Origin: Octopus vulgaris
Lineage: Eukaryota
Length of the DNA: 64,000 nt
NCBI GenBank assembly: GCA_951406725.2
Contig: OX597821.1
Span: 22,258,001 to 22,322,000 of the forward strand
Direction: 5' to 3'
The notes beneath the pieces were generated by a model. The model saw only the letters and a program-made list of their open reading frames with translations. It was not told the DNA's origin and ran no database searches. Each line of letters opens with the position of its first letter. The stretch's first letter is position 1. The translations under genes were made by a program, and so were the position numbers. Shown one piece after another: positions 38,705 through 52,870 of this stretch.

Positions 38705-39525
38705 TGAATCTGTCTGTGCTTGTCCACCCATCCCTATCACCGCTAGACAACTGGTGTTGGTGTGTTTTCGTCCCCGTAACTTAGCGGTCCGGGCAAAAGA
38801 GTCCAATAGAGTAAGTACTAGGCTTTAAAAAAAGAGGGGTCGATTCGTTCGACTAAAACCCTTGAACGCGGTGCTCCAGCGTGGCCCCAGTCAAATGACG
38901 GAAACAAGTAAAAGAACGAAATAATATAAATATATATATGGAGTGGCTGTGTGGTAAGTAGCTTGCTAACCAACCACATGGTTCAGGGTTCAGTCCCACT
39001 GTGTGGCATCTTGGGCAAGTGTCTTCTACTATAGCCTCGGGCCGACCAATGCCTTGTGAGTGGATTTGGTAGACGGAAACTGAAAGAAGCCCGTCGTATA
39101 TATATGTATATATATATATATATATGTATGTATGTGTGTGTGTTTGTGAGTCTGTGTTTGTCCCCCTAGCATTGCTTGACAACCGATGCTGGCGTGTTTA
39201 TGTCCACGTCACTTAGTGGTTCGGCAAAAGAGACCGATACAATAAGTACTGGGCTTACAAAGAATAAGTCCTTGGGTCTAGTTGCTCGACTAAAGGCGGT
39301 GCTCCAGCATGGCCGCAGTCAAATGACTGAAACAAGTAAAAGAGTAAAAGATATATATATATATATGACCGACTTCTCTCAGTTTCCGTCTACCAAATCC
39401 ACTAAAAGGCTTCTGTCAGTCCGGTGACTATAGTAGAAAGCACTGACCGAAGATGGCACGCAGTGAGACTGAACCCGGAGTCATGTGATTGGCAAGCATA
39501 TTTTTTAGTATGTAGCCACGCCTAC
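38330..39525. mobile_element. Cluster of four SINE A copies (- 38330-38440, + 38495-38915, + 38940-39350, - 39366-39525)
   Basis: Family similarity on both strands. Confidence 0.88.
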
Positions 39526-40018
39526 ACCACTCGAGGAGAATGGTAAATTGGTTGGTATGTAACATGTCGCTATCTGCTTCAAACTTATGTAATTAACCTA
39601 ATTAGGAATTAATTACAATCTGGCTGCGGAGAGGTTTGGTAAGATTACCAAGAAAATTTGTCGATGATTTAATGAAATTCGGACGACGGTTAGTCTGTCT
39701 GCCTGTGTGCCTGTTAGTCACGTGCAGTGAGATGTGAGTGGCTGGGCCGAGAACGTGTGGGAAAACCAGTTGTCGGGGTTAAACGTTCGTATCAGCTTGC
39801 TTGCTGTAGCGTAATGTTTCATTGGTCCAATGCTAAACATTTATATGTGCTGTGATTTGAGTAGACAGGAGTCGTACGTAGTGTATTTATTGCCTTGCTC
39901 GGGGGTGGGAATCTGGGAGTGACTACTTATGTGGTAAGTTGAAAATAGCGTCATCATCATCATCATCAACAACAACAACAAAAGAACTGCTAGAAATAGC
40001 AGTTGAATCTTAGTATCT

Positions 40019-40133
40019 TAAGAAAGAAAGAAAGGAGAAAGAAAGAAAGAAAGAAAGAAGGAAGGAAAGAAAGAAAGAAAGAAAGAAAGAAAGGGGAAGG
40101 AAGGAAGGAAGGAAGGAAAGAAAGAAAGAAGGA

Positions 40134-40172
<39 letters not shown>

Positions 40173-40384
40173 GAGAAAGAAGGAAGGAAGGAAGGAAGGA
40201 AGGAAGGAAGGAAGGAAAGAAAGAAAGAAAGAAAGGAAGGAAGGAAAAAAGAAAGAAAGAAAGGAGAAAGAAGGAAGGAAGGAAGGAAGGAAGGAAGGAA
40301 GGAAGGAAGGAAGGAAAGAAAGAAAGAAAGAAAGAAAGAAAGGAGAAAGAAGGAAGGAAGGAAAGAAAGAAAGAAAGAAAGAAA

Positions 40385-40469
<85 letters not shown>

Positions 40470-40487
40470 GAGGAAAGAAAGAAAGAA
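40019..40487. repeat. (GAAA)n/(GGAA)n homopurine tract
   Basis: About 470 bp of purines only. Confidence 0.98.
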
Positions 40488-41191
40488 TGGACATTTGATA
40501 ATGTTTTGGGTACATTGACCGATAATAAGGTAGGATGGTCGAAGATGGAGCGCCCTAATCATAGCTCGGTATGATCATAGCTGACTTAGGGCTAAACAAC
40601 AGCTACAATAACAAGTACCAACACCACTAGAGATAGCAGCCAAATTTCACTGAAACACCATCTTACTGTCCTAAGTAAAAAAAAAATGGAAGGAAATACG
40701 ATATTAATAATGTCTTGGATACATTCACTGATAACAAGAGATGGTCATAAGTGGCTTGGTCATAGCTGAATTCGGACTAAATAATAATAAGATATCAACA
40801 CCACTACGAGAGTGATGAAATAGCAGCAAAATTTCACTGAAACCACAGCTTACCATCTTTAAGGAAAAGGAAGGACTTATTTGATAGTGGTGTCGTCTTA
40901 AATATATTGATTAATAATGATAATTACATAGGATGGGCATAGGTGGAGCGCTCTTAACATAGCTTGGATTGATCATAGTTGACTTGGGGTTAAACACAAA
41001 GTACTAGTATTACTAAAAACTTCATTGTAACCACCAAGTAGCCAATGACTAGTGGTTTTCAACCATTTTCTTTTTACCTATGAGCCCTTTTGTCCCCAAT
41101 AGTCATTCGATGTTTAAGAAATCCTATCATATTTTTATAATTAAATATTATTACGGATTGCTTTGAAAATATTTAAATAATTTGTGCATAT

Positions 41192-41674
41192 AGGCGTAGG
41201 AGTGGCTGTGTGGTAAGAAGCTTGCTAACCAACCACATGATTCCAGGTTGAATCCCACTCCGTGGCACTTTGGGCAAGTGTCTTCTACAATAGGCTTGTG
41301 AATGGAGTTGGTAGATGGAAATTGAAAGAAACCCGTCGTATATATTATTTGTTCCTTTTCGAGGCAGTTTCCCGATTTCCTTGGCGTATAGGTTCCCCAC
41401 CTGGACGGGACGCCGGTCCGTCGCAGGTAAGCTGCAAGATGCAAGAGGAAAGAGTAAGAGAAAGTTGTGGCGAAAGAGTCAGCAGAAGTTCACCATTACC
41501 TTCTGCCAGAACGACGTGGGGCTTAGGTGTTTCGCTCATAAACACACACATCGCCCGGTCTGAGATTCGAACCCGCGATCCCTCGACCGCTGCTCTAACC
41601 ACTAGGCCATGTGCCTCCACTGTCGTGTGTGTATGTGTATATGTGTATATATATATATACATATATTTATATAT

Positions 41675-41712
<38 letters not shown>

Positions 41713-41990
41713 GTAAGTATGTATGTATGTATGTTTGTGTGCCTGTATTTGTCGCGCCACGCCATCGCTTGACAACCGGTATTGGTGTGTTTACCTCCCC
41801 GTATCTAGCGGTTCGGCAAAAGTGAACGATAGAATAAGTACTAGGCTTACAAAGAATAAATCCTGGGGTCGACTAGTAAGTACCAGGTTTTTAAAAAAAT
41901 AGACAAGCACTGGGCTTGATTCGATCGACTTAAAAATTCTTCAGGACGATGCCCCAGCAAAGCCGCATTCAAATAACTGGAAAGAATAAA
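41192..41990 (+). mobile_element. SINE A split by an antisense SINE C
   Basis: 5' half at 41192-41340; 3' half at 41621-41990. Confidence 0.85.
41348..41619 (-). mobile_element. SINE C, tail type 3 (V-domain-like), nested in SINE A
   Basis: Reverse complement of 49668-49970. Confidence 0.92.
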
Positions 41991-42228
41991 GGAATACATG
42001 TTTAACAACAACAAAAAATCTAACATAGAGCTCTAAGGGTCGTATATGAACCCCAGTTGAGGACCACTGCCAATGCCGGAACCCGACATTGGCAGAAACA
42101 GCAGCGAAGTCTTCCCCAAATCGCAACATGCATTAGATAACCGTCGACATAGATTCTAATCGTGACCATCCCATCATTTTAACGGGATGGCCACAATTGG
42201 AATATACTTTTAATCAGAGATTTGTTCT

Positions 42229-42646
42229 ACCTATTTCTTTATTACCCACAAGGGGCTAAACATAGAAGGGACAAACATGGACAGACATAGGTATTAAGTC
42301 GATTATATCGACCCCAGTGCGTAACTGGTACTTAATTTATCGACCCCGAAAGGATGAAAGGCAAAGTCGACCTCGGCGGAATTTGAACTCACAACGTAAC
42401 GGCAGCCAAAATACCTATTTCTTTATTACCCACAAGGGGCTAAACACAGAGGGGACAAACAAGGACAGACATAGGTATTAAGTCGATTACATCGACTTCA
42501 GTGCGTAACTGGTACTTAATTTATCGACCCCGAAAGGATGAAAGGCAAAGTCGACCTCGGCGGAATTTGAACTCACAACGTAACGGCAGCCGAAATACCG
42601 CTAAACATTTCGCCTGACGTGCTAACGTTTCTGCCAGCTCGCCGCC
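42229..42646 (-). mobile_element. SINE B1 head plus two tandem body/tail units
   Basis: Junction AATAAAGAAATAG|GTATTTTGGCTGCC near 42415. Confidence 0.93.
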
Positions 42647-43215
42647 TTTTCTGCCACTGTGTGACTGGTGGAGAGGGTGATCCCAAACAACATCGCCGCC
42701 GCCGCCGCCGGCTCGACATGACATGGCTACAATGGTGATACTTTAGAACATAAACTACCAAAAGTGGTAAATAGCTGACGGTGAGGAAAGGGTGTGAGTG
42801 GAGAAAGGTCACAGAGGTCAAAAGTTCAATGTCAGATGTTGCTATTTGCTTCGGGCTGCTATAATTAACTTAATTACAACTTAATTACAATCTGGCGTCG
42901 CTGATTTTTATGGAAACACGGACGCAGTTGATGTGATAGTGCTAACGGTAGTGGAGGCGGTGGGGGCGGCGGTTGCGGTGGTTGTGGTGGTGGTTGTGGT
43001 GGTGGGTGTTATTAGAATGTTGTGGGTGTTGTAGTCTTGTGATGCTGCCACAAAAGATGTGTGTTGGCAGTTGTGTTATAGTGGTGACATTGTGATGTAG
43101 TGTCTGGATTTTGGTTTTGCTGTTGTACTGTAGTGTGGGTGGTAGTTGTGTTGTGGTGGTTACATTTGTGTGGTGTCGGTGGTTGTATTGTTGTGGTATT
43201 GTAGTAGTATTTATA

Positions 43216-43378
43216 GGCGCAGGAGTGGCTGTGTGGTAAGTTGCTTGCTTACCAACCACATGGTTCCCAGTTCAGTCCCACTGCGTGGCACCTTGGGCAA
43301 GTGTCTTCTACTATAGCCTCGGGCCGACCAAAGCCTTGTGAGTGGATCTGGTAGGCGGAAACTGAAAGAAGCTCGTCG

Positions 43379-43428
<50 letters not shown>

Positions 43429-43624
43429 TATATGTTTGTCCCCCTAACATCGCTTGACAACTGATGCTGGTGTGTTTACGTCCCCGTAACTTAGCGGTTC
43501 GGCAAAAGTAACCGATAGAATAAGTATTAGGCTTACAAAGAGTAAGTCCTGGGGTCGATTTGCTCGACTAAAGGCGGTGTTCCAGCATGGCCGCAGTCAA
43601 ATGATTGAAACAAGTAAAAGAGTA
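43216..43624 (+). mobile_element. SINE A, full length
   Basis: Family consensus match. Confidence 0.95.
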
Positions 43625-43859
43625 GTAAGATCGCAGTTTCGATTCCCGTACCTGTCAGTGACACATCATTTCTATTTGGCTGCACCTGCGCAAATTTTAA
43701 GTAGACCAAATTTTAAAATTTTCACTAAACTTTAAAATTTCCACAGATGCAGCCACTTTTCAATTTCTTTAGTTTTTCTTCCAATACGCTAAATATGAAA
43801 CCAATTTTTTTTTTTAAATTAAGAAATTGAAAAGTGGCCGCCAATCAGAGATCCCAAAA

Positions 43860-44060
43860 CATTCCATTTCACCTTGCTTCAGTCCACTCAGCTGTAAATG
43901 AGTACCAGCAATAGCTGGAAAGTTAACTCTGCTACAGACCGGCGTCCCATCCAGGGGCTTATTGTAATCCCAGTTACTTATAGTAATGATGGTGATGCAA
44001 TCCTCCTGATGTAGGAGGACTTCTTGAGCCAATCGAGAAAACTCCGCAGATCCAAGATCC
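43860..44060 (+). mobile_element. Old composite SINE relic (CORE-like, Deu-like and V-like segments)
   Basis: TTTCACCTTGCTTCAGTCCACTCAGCTGTAAATGAGTACC..GACCGGCGTCCCATCCAGGG. Confidence 0.5.
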
Positions 44061-44509
44061 CCCTGAAAGCTAAGACCTAGCGCCTTCTCTAACTGTAGTT
44101 CACCGACATAGTATTTAAACTGATCATATCAGGCCCAATGCATCTACCTGTTTTATATTCAAAATGGCCGCATCTGGCCTCTCATACCTACCGTACAATG
44201 TCATTGTGAAAATAAACACTCACATCATCGAAATCTTGAAGCTACAAGATGATGCATGATTAATTCAAAACTGTGCATAAATAAGCGTTATATTCGAGAG
44301 AATAATCTGAATGGCAAAGGGTTATATTAATAGTGGCCACATCCACTCCTGTCATTTTCGCTACTCTCACTAAATTTCCAGTAAATATACTTGAGGACAA
44401 CACTGCCCTTTTTCATAATGGAACTCGAAAAAGTCAGTGAGGGTTCTACTAAAGAGGTAAGTCTCTGTCATCACGGCTCTCAGCCTCATCTACCATACAA
44501 TTTCTTAAC

Positions 44510-45340
44510 CAAAATCCTTTCTGTTATAGGCCCAAAGCCTGAAATTTTTGGAGAAGGAGCCAGTCGATTAGATCAACCGCAGTGCGTAACTGGTACTTTA
44601 ATTTATCGCCCTCGAAAGGATGAAAGGCAAAGTCGACCTCGGTGGAATTTGAACTCAGAACGTGAAGATAGATGAAATACCTATTTCTTTACTAGCCACA
44701 AGGGGCTAAACACAGAGAGGACAAACAAGGACAGACAAACGGATTAAGTCGATTATATCGACTCCAATGTGTAACTGGTACTTATTTAATCGACCCCGAA
44801 AAAAATTAAAGGCAAAGTCGACCTCGGTGGAATTTGAATTCAGAACGTAGCGGCAGACGAAATACTGCTAAGCATTTCACCTGGCGCGATAACTTTTCTG
44901 CCAGTTCGCCGACTTATTAACTTTAACCTTTTAACAATAATAATAGTTCTTTCCAATTTTGGCACAAGGCTAGTAATTTTTAAGGGAATGATAGTCGATT
45001 ATATTGACTCCAGTACGTGGCCGGTATATATTTTATCGACCCCGAAAATAGGAAAGGCAAAGTCGATCTCGGAGAAATTTGAACTCAGAATGTAAAGAGT
45101 CAAAAGGAGAGCTGCTGAGGATTTTGTCCCGCTTACTAACGAATCTGCCAGGTTGCCGCCTTAAAATTTTGGATAAAGGGGGTTAGTTGATTACATTGAC
45201 CCCCAGTGCTCAACTTTAAAATTTTGGTTAAAGGGGATTGGTTGATTACATTGACTGCAGTGCTCAACTGGTACTTATCTTATCTACCCCCGGAAGGATG
45301 AAAGGCAAAGTCGAACTCGGCAGAATTTGAACTCAGAATG
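44510..45340 (-). mobile_element. Head-to-tail SINE B cluster, including a B1 unit inserted into a B2 copy
   Basis: Junction AGTAAAGAAATAG|GTATTTCATCTATC near 44680; further copies at 44945-45162 and 45165-45340. Confidence 0.9.
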
Positions 45341-45436
45341 CGAATTTCAAAGAAATGATAAAGATGAAAATGGTGATAATAATAATAATGAGGATGATAA
45401 CGAAGATGACTGTGATGATGATGGTGATGATGATGG

Positions 45437-45468
<32 letters not shown>

Positions 45469-45472
<4 letters not shown>

Positions 45473-45600
45473 CTTTTATTCGCCACAAGGGCATAGATGA
45501 TGGGTACATCACAAGGACAGAGAACAATTTGTGAATAATAATAACGAAGATAATAATAATCGTTCACATAAGGAAAGGGGAGTTGATGGAATCGCAAGCC
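45469..45600 (-). mobile_element. Tx1-type LINE 3' end abutting (ATC)n
   Basis: Reverse complement GCCCTTGTGGCGAATAAAAGAA(ATC)n. Confidence 0.6.
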
Positions 45601-45751
45601 AGGAAATTAAGTCAAATCCATTCTCTGAAATCACAATCACAACTGAGAATTAATCAAGGAATCACCATTTTGCGATCAACTTTCTACAATTTTAGAAAAA
45701 TGGAATTTATTTTCTGCTGTACAAATACTATTTTAAGGTGATTTTATATTT

Positions 45752-45823
<72 letters not shown>

Positions 45824-46136
45824 TGTGTGTGCTGTTCTTTCACCGCTGGCAGAATAGGAATAGCTAATAGCAACAAATAAGTCAATTGCAAATGGAGGGA
45901 GCAAAGCACACACACACACACACATATGCAAATGGAAATTTAAAAAAATATTATGGTTGCTGTAGTAGTGGTGATAATAATAAGTGTAGTGTGCTAGTAA
46001 TAATATAATGCGTTCGTGGTCGTCGCCATTTGTTAATTGGAACAAAAGGTTTTTTCAGAAAACGGGTAAAACCCGCCTCCACATTTTCTCTCGGCAAACG
46101 TGGGCTTTGGTCTAGAAGGAATAGGTTCTTGAGTGC

Positions 46137-46171
<35 letters not shown>

Positions 46172-46207
46172 TGTGTCTGTGTGTGTGTGTGTCTTTGTGT
46201 GTGTGTC

Positions 46208-46268
<61 letters not shown>

Positions 46269-46423
46269 CTTTGTGTGTGTATCTGTGTGTGTGTGTGTCT
46301 TTGTGTGTGTGTCTTTGTGTGTGTGTCTTTGTGTGTGTGTGTGTGTGTCTTTGCGTGTGTGTGTGTGTGTCTTTGTGTGTGTGTGTATGTGTCTTTGTGT
46401 GTGTGTATGTGTGTGTGTGTGTC

Positions 46424-46473
<50 letters not shown>

Positions 46474-46525
46474 TTTGTGTGTGTGTGTGTGTCTTTGTGT
46501 GTGTGTGTGTGAGAGAGAGAGAGAA
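46137..46525. repeat. (TG)n with periodic CTT interruptions
   Basis: Direct reading. Confidence 0.95.
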
Positions 46526-46849
46526 GAACCAACGTTTGCCCCTTCTGCCTCGTCCATGTTTACAATCTAGATTTCGAGCTGAAATAAATATCGTTTGAAT
46601 GAAAATACTCTTTCATTCTGTTCACCAACGATATTCATTGGACGGTGCCCAACTGGAGCACCGACATCATTTTTGGAACGCGGGCGTGGCTGATGGGTTA
46701 ATCACGATTATGGTTCAGAAGCTCGTTTTACGACAATATGGTTTCAAGTTCAGTCCCACCATGCAGTTCCTTCTATGTTTTGGATTTTCTTGTGATTGAA
46801 TTTATCAGGCGGAAATGTGATAGATAGATAGATAGATAGATAGATAGAG

Positions 46850-46959
<110 letters not shown>

Positions 46960-47105
46960 GTAGGTAGGTAGGTAGGTAGGTAGATAGATAGGTAAGTAGG
47001 TATGTAGGTAAGTAGGTAGGTAGGTAGGTAGGTAGGTAGGTATGTATGTAGGTAGATAGATAGAGTAGAGAGAGAGAGAGAGAGAGAGAGACAGACGGAC
47101 AGATG

Positions 47106-47370
<265 letters not shown>

Positions 47371-47739
47371 TTAAAAAGTAGATAGATAGATAGACAGAAG
47401 TGTGCGTAAGTAAATGTGTTTGTGTGCATGTGTTTGTCCCTCCACATCGCTTGACAACCAATCTTGCTCTGTTTACATCCCTTTAACTTAGCGGTTCAGC
47501 TAAAGAAATTGATAGAATAAGTATCACACTTCGAAAAAAAAAAGCATCGGGGTCAATTTGTTTGACTAAAGTGTGTGCCTCCAACATGGCGGCAGTCTAA
47601 TGAGTGAAGCAAATAAAATAGAAAAGATGTTGGCCTCAGTAATTATTTCGGCTTTGACGTCTCATTTATTGATCCCCCGTTGATTTCTCAAGTCGCTAAG
47701 TTACCCTTTTAGAATAAAGAAGTGTGACTCGACATAGCG

Positions 47740-48415
<676 letters not shown>

Positions 48416-49203
48416 ATTTAACAATAATCATGATGATGGTATGTGTGTGTGTGTGTGTATGTGTGTGTGTGTGTATGTGTGTGTGTGAGTGTGTGTGTGT
48501 GTGTGTGCGTGCGTGTTTGTGTTCGTATATGTGTGTTATAAAGAGAAACAGAGAGGGAGAGAGAATTTTTAAAATTAATATGGCAGTTTAGGGTTATTGT
48601 AAAATAAAGATGAAATAAGAATAAAAATGAAAGAAGCTAAGGGAATGGATTACGAACGTTAAGAAAGTTAGGGATAATGAAGAAGCAGAAAGTGAATAAA
48701 AACAGGAAATTGAAAAGAGAAGAATGGCATAAAAGAGTTAAATATTCAAGAAAAAGGGATATTGAAGCTTTATGAAAGGACCATAGTATAAAAATATTAG
48801 TCAATGACAGAAGCATAAAATGTAATTATTAATAGGTAAGAATATGTAAAGAAAGCAAATGGAGAAGGTAAACATAGGCTTACAACAAAGCAAATTGTCT
48901 AAAAATCAATAAAGTAGGATATCGATAAAATGGGAGGTAAAAGAAAATAATCCCTTACAAAATCAAAAAGATGGCGGTTAGATGAAAGATGATCGGGGTA
49001 AGGTTTTTCTTTTCTTTGAATCTATCCATGTTTTTTGAAATATTGCTTGTTGCAACCTGAACATTACTGACGTAAAATTGCCTTATATGGAGTTTTTCTT
49101 TTCTCTTCTTTTATTTATCTTATTTTCAGTAGCTCCACCTTAGAATTTCCCATCTACAAATGCTTCTTTCACAGCTCTATGTTTTATGTATTCTATTATT
49201 ATT

Positions 49204-49603
49204 CACTAGCAGTATCGCCCGGCGTTGCTCGGGTTTGTAAGGGAAATAACTATATAAGCATTTTTAGAGATGTAAAGTATAATAGCCATCTCAATATGGC
49301 TAACCACAAAGGGGGCGGTGTTACTGTAGCTTTTTACGTTCTGAGATTTAATAATAGATTTTTAGAGAGTTACTTCCCTTATATATGCCAAAAATGCATT
49401 AAAAATGGGAAAAAATGATGGTAAATTATTTTTTAAATCGTAGACTCATCGTAGACGCGCGCTAATACCCAGAAGGGCTCGATATGAATCACAACTATAA
49501 GATACCCGGTTTTGGTTAAACTGCACCGCAAAATGTGGGAGTAGTTAGGAATCTAAATCGTAGGAGACAGACAGCACACAACCTCACTTTTATATATAAA
49601 GAT
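49204..49603 (+). mobile_element. Helentron/HINE-like non-autonomous rolling-circle element
   Basis: Starts ACTAGC with hairpin CCCGGCGTTGCTCGGG; ends GACAGACAG..TTTTATATATAAAGAT, the typical HINE/Lep1 architecture. Confidence 0.7.
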
Positions 49604-49667
49604 ATTCTGACGTTTTCTGGGCGCAATCGCGAGATCGAAAATACACTACACTATGAAATGAAATTAG

Positions 49668-49970
49668 TGGAGGCACATGGCCTAGTGGTTAGAGTAGCGG
49701 ACTCGCGGTCGAGGGATCGCGGGTTCGAATCTCAGACCGAGCGATGTGTGTGTTTATGAGCGAAACACCTAAGCTCCACGCGGCTCCGGCAGAAGGTAAT
49801 GGCGAACTTCTGCTGACTCTTTTGCCACAACTTCCTCTCACTCTTTCCTCCTGCATCTTGCAGCTCACCTGCGACGGACCGGCGTCCCGTCCAGGTGGGG
49901 AACCTATACGCCAAGGAAACCGGGAAAATGGCCCTTATGAGCCATGCGTAGCTCGAGAAGGAAGAAACAA
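49668..49970 (+). mobile_element. SINE C, tail type 3, with target-site duplication
   Basis: TATGAAATGAAATTAGT is present both before (49652-49668) and after (49971-49987) the element. Confidence 0.93.
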
Positions 49971-50296
49971 TATGAAATGAAATTAGTCAAGTAATAATTA
50001 TAAGTATTAATAAGTATTAATTCTTGTAGTTATGGCATCTTAAGTCGTTTCAGAGATGGCAGCCAACTAATGTTCCTACAAATTCTTTCGATAGGTGTGT
50101 GTGTGTATATGTGTACACATACGTACACACTCTATAACATCCTGTGTTAGCATTGTATGTGTGAGTGTGTGTGCGCGCGTGGATGTAGAGAAATACAGGC
50201 ATATCAAATTCCATACAACAGAAAGTCTTCATTTATTAAAATTACCTCCGCCTCTAGATGATGTAACACAATTACCAAATGGCAAGTGAGATCAGC

Positions 50297-50344
<48 letters not shown>

Positions 50345-50349
<5 letters not shown>

Positions 50350-50503
50350 ATGTGTGGTAAAAACCTTACTTCCCAACCACATGGCTCCGGGATCAATCCC
50401 ACTGCGTGTCACCTAGAGCAAGTGTTTTCTACTGTGGCCTCGGGCCAATCAAAGCCTTATGACTGGATTTGGCATACGGAAACTGGAAGAAACCCTTCGT
50501 ATG

Positions 50504-50543
<40 letters not shown>

Positions 50544-50735
50544 CCCACCACCGCTCGAGAACTGATGTTGATGTTTTTACGTCCTCGTACTTAGCGGTTT
50601 GGCAAAATGGACCAATAGAATAAGTACCAGATTTTTAAAAAATAAGTACTGTGCTCGATTCAATCAACTAAATATTCTCCAAGGCATTACCCCAGCATGA
50701 TCGCACTCAAATGACTAAAACAAATAAAAGATAAA
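50345..50735 (+). mobile_element. SINE A, older copy
   Basis: Family similarity. Confidence 0.82.
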
Positions 50736-50959
50736 ATATATATATATTAAATCAGATCGAAGCAAAATAGATAAGACCCTGCTTCCGTATGTCGTTAAGG
50801 TATTTTGGCAATGTATCACCTGAAAATATTCGGAGGTGTATTACCTGGAGAAATGGTACTTTGTAAAAATACGAACTTGCATAATATTACGTATCAAGTC
50901 ATACAATTGTATTCGTGTTTTCAGTAATTATAGTATGAAAACATATAAGGTTTTATTCT

Positions 50960-50990
<31 letters not shown>

Positions 50991-51012
50991 ATTATATTAT
51001 TATTATTATTAT

Positions 51013-51060
<48 letters not shown>

Positions 51061-51061
<1 letters not shown>

Positions 51062-52222
51062 TTCATATATGCTCAACAGATTAGACTGTTGGATAAGAAA
51101 AGAATCCTGACATTGGGCTACGAGTAGTCTTACATGCTAAGAACCCTCCTAAGTATCCTAGCTGTCCCTAATAACACTGTTTTCTGCAACTGTACTAAAT
51201 TGGGTTCTGTGCCTATTTCCTCTATCCATCTGTTCAGATCCTTAGGGATAGTTCCCAATGCACCTATAACTGCTGGGATACTTGTTACCCGCACTTTCCA
51301 TAGACTCTGTAATTGAAAAGCTAGGTCCTAGTGCTTTGCTATTTTTTCTCTACTTCTTATATCAGCATCTTCAGAATTTGGGACTGTAAAGTCAATCACC
51401 GGGCACTTTCTATTCCCTTTATCTACTACTAGCAACTCAAGCCTTCTAACTTCTATTGCTTTGTCAGTCTGAATGTTAGAGTCCCACAACATCTTGTATT
51501 TCTTACTTTCTAGTACTTTACTAGGTTCATGTTCATATCATTTATCAGTATGTTCAAATCCTAGCTTTCTGCATAGCTCCCAGTGGATTGCCCTCCCTAT
51601 GTTGTCTTGACTTTTCTTGTATTCTCTCTGTGGCAGCATGATGCATTCACTTACTATATGAGTAACGCTTTCCTCGTTTGACTTACATAACCTACATTGG
51701 GAATCTACTTGATGTTTGTCTATCTTGGCTTTTATCCAATTAGTCCTTAATGCTTAATTTTATGCAGCTACTAACAAACTTTCTGTCTCCCTCTTCGGCT
51801 TTCCTTTCTGCAACCATAACCATGTCTCACTACTTATTGTTTGCTGCAACAATCTTTGGGAATCTGCCATGCAACGTTTTCTCCTGCCAGTCAGATACTT
51901 TCTAGATCTTTTTTTTTTTTTTTTGGTTTTCAACTTCGTTTGGGTTTTTGGTTTTCCTGTCTTGCTGTGATTCTAGCAGCTTTTAATAAACTTTCTTCAC
52001 CATTACCTACATAGGAGTCTATATCTACTCTAGCTATCTCTACGCAGTTTTCTACTGATGTTAACCCTCTTCCGCCTTCCTTTCTAAGAAGGTGTAATCT
52101 TGCTACTCCTGCCCTTGGGTGGAGTCCTCCATCTATATTGCATTCCCGCCTAGCTTTCCCTGCTTAGCTTTGCTGATTTAGATTTTGTCCAATCTACAAA
52201 AGCTGCTGAGTATCTGAGTAAT
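51061..52222 (-). mobile_element. 5'-truncated R4/Dong-type non-LTR retrotransposon ending at (CTA)n(TAA)n
   Basis: LHPRAGVARLHLLRKEGGRGL, CRLCKSNEESVTHIVSEC, IHWELC, MLWDSNIQTD, VIDFTVP, IPAVIGALG, QKTVLLGTARILRRVLSM* (stop at 51130-51132). Confidence 0.92.
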
Positions 52223-52423
52223 GGTCAGGCCTTCTATGGCTCATGTTGTGGGTTTTGTTCATTTTGTTGTGTGTTTAAAGTATGAATTTATTCATGTTCC
52301 TTTTTGGAGGGATGTTGCATAGTAGTGTGTGTATACTATTTTATAGTATTTATATTTATCCGTCGTTCTTTCGCTTTTGTTTGATTTTGTTATGGGTTCC
52401 GTTAATTATTATTATTAATATCA

Positions 52424-52472
<49 letters not shown>

Positions 52473-52484
52473 CATCATCATCAT

Positions 52485-52870
52485 CTTCTTTCAATTCTGT
52501 TTCCTTTTTTTTTCCTTTTCTGGCACCTTGGCCAGAGAAATGCTCCGTATACAGGCCATTAAAATAAACACACCAGGTTGTTCATTTACAAAGTAACGTG
52601 ACAGAAAAAAAGGGGAAGAAAGAGAAAAAGGAAAAAAATAAAAATATAAAAGTAAACAAAGAAAATAAAGGGCAAAAAAGGAAAGAAATTTCAGTGACAA
52701 TGCTCTTCTCGATAGGTGTGACGTACCAGCTATGACAATCTTTTGCACTTCCTCTATGGATGATTACCCAGGGATCATTCTTCAATAATTTTCAGTTCCT
52801 TTTTTGATCATTCCAGTTTGATCATTCGAGTTTCATGACACTGCGATCTTCAGGTTCCCGCTTGAAGATC
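52485..52870 (-). mobile_element. 3' end of a third R4/Dong-type element ending at (ATG)n(TAA)n
   Basis: GMIKKGTENY*RMIPG*SSIEEVQKIVIAGTSHLSRRALS followed by a 3' UTR. Confidence 0.72.

Noticed and set aside
44381-44462. Possible exon ending AAAGAG|GTAAGT
   Set aside because: Stops in all three frames after the putative acceptor, and no recognisable peptide.
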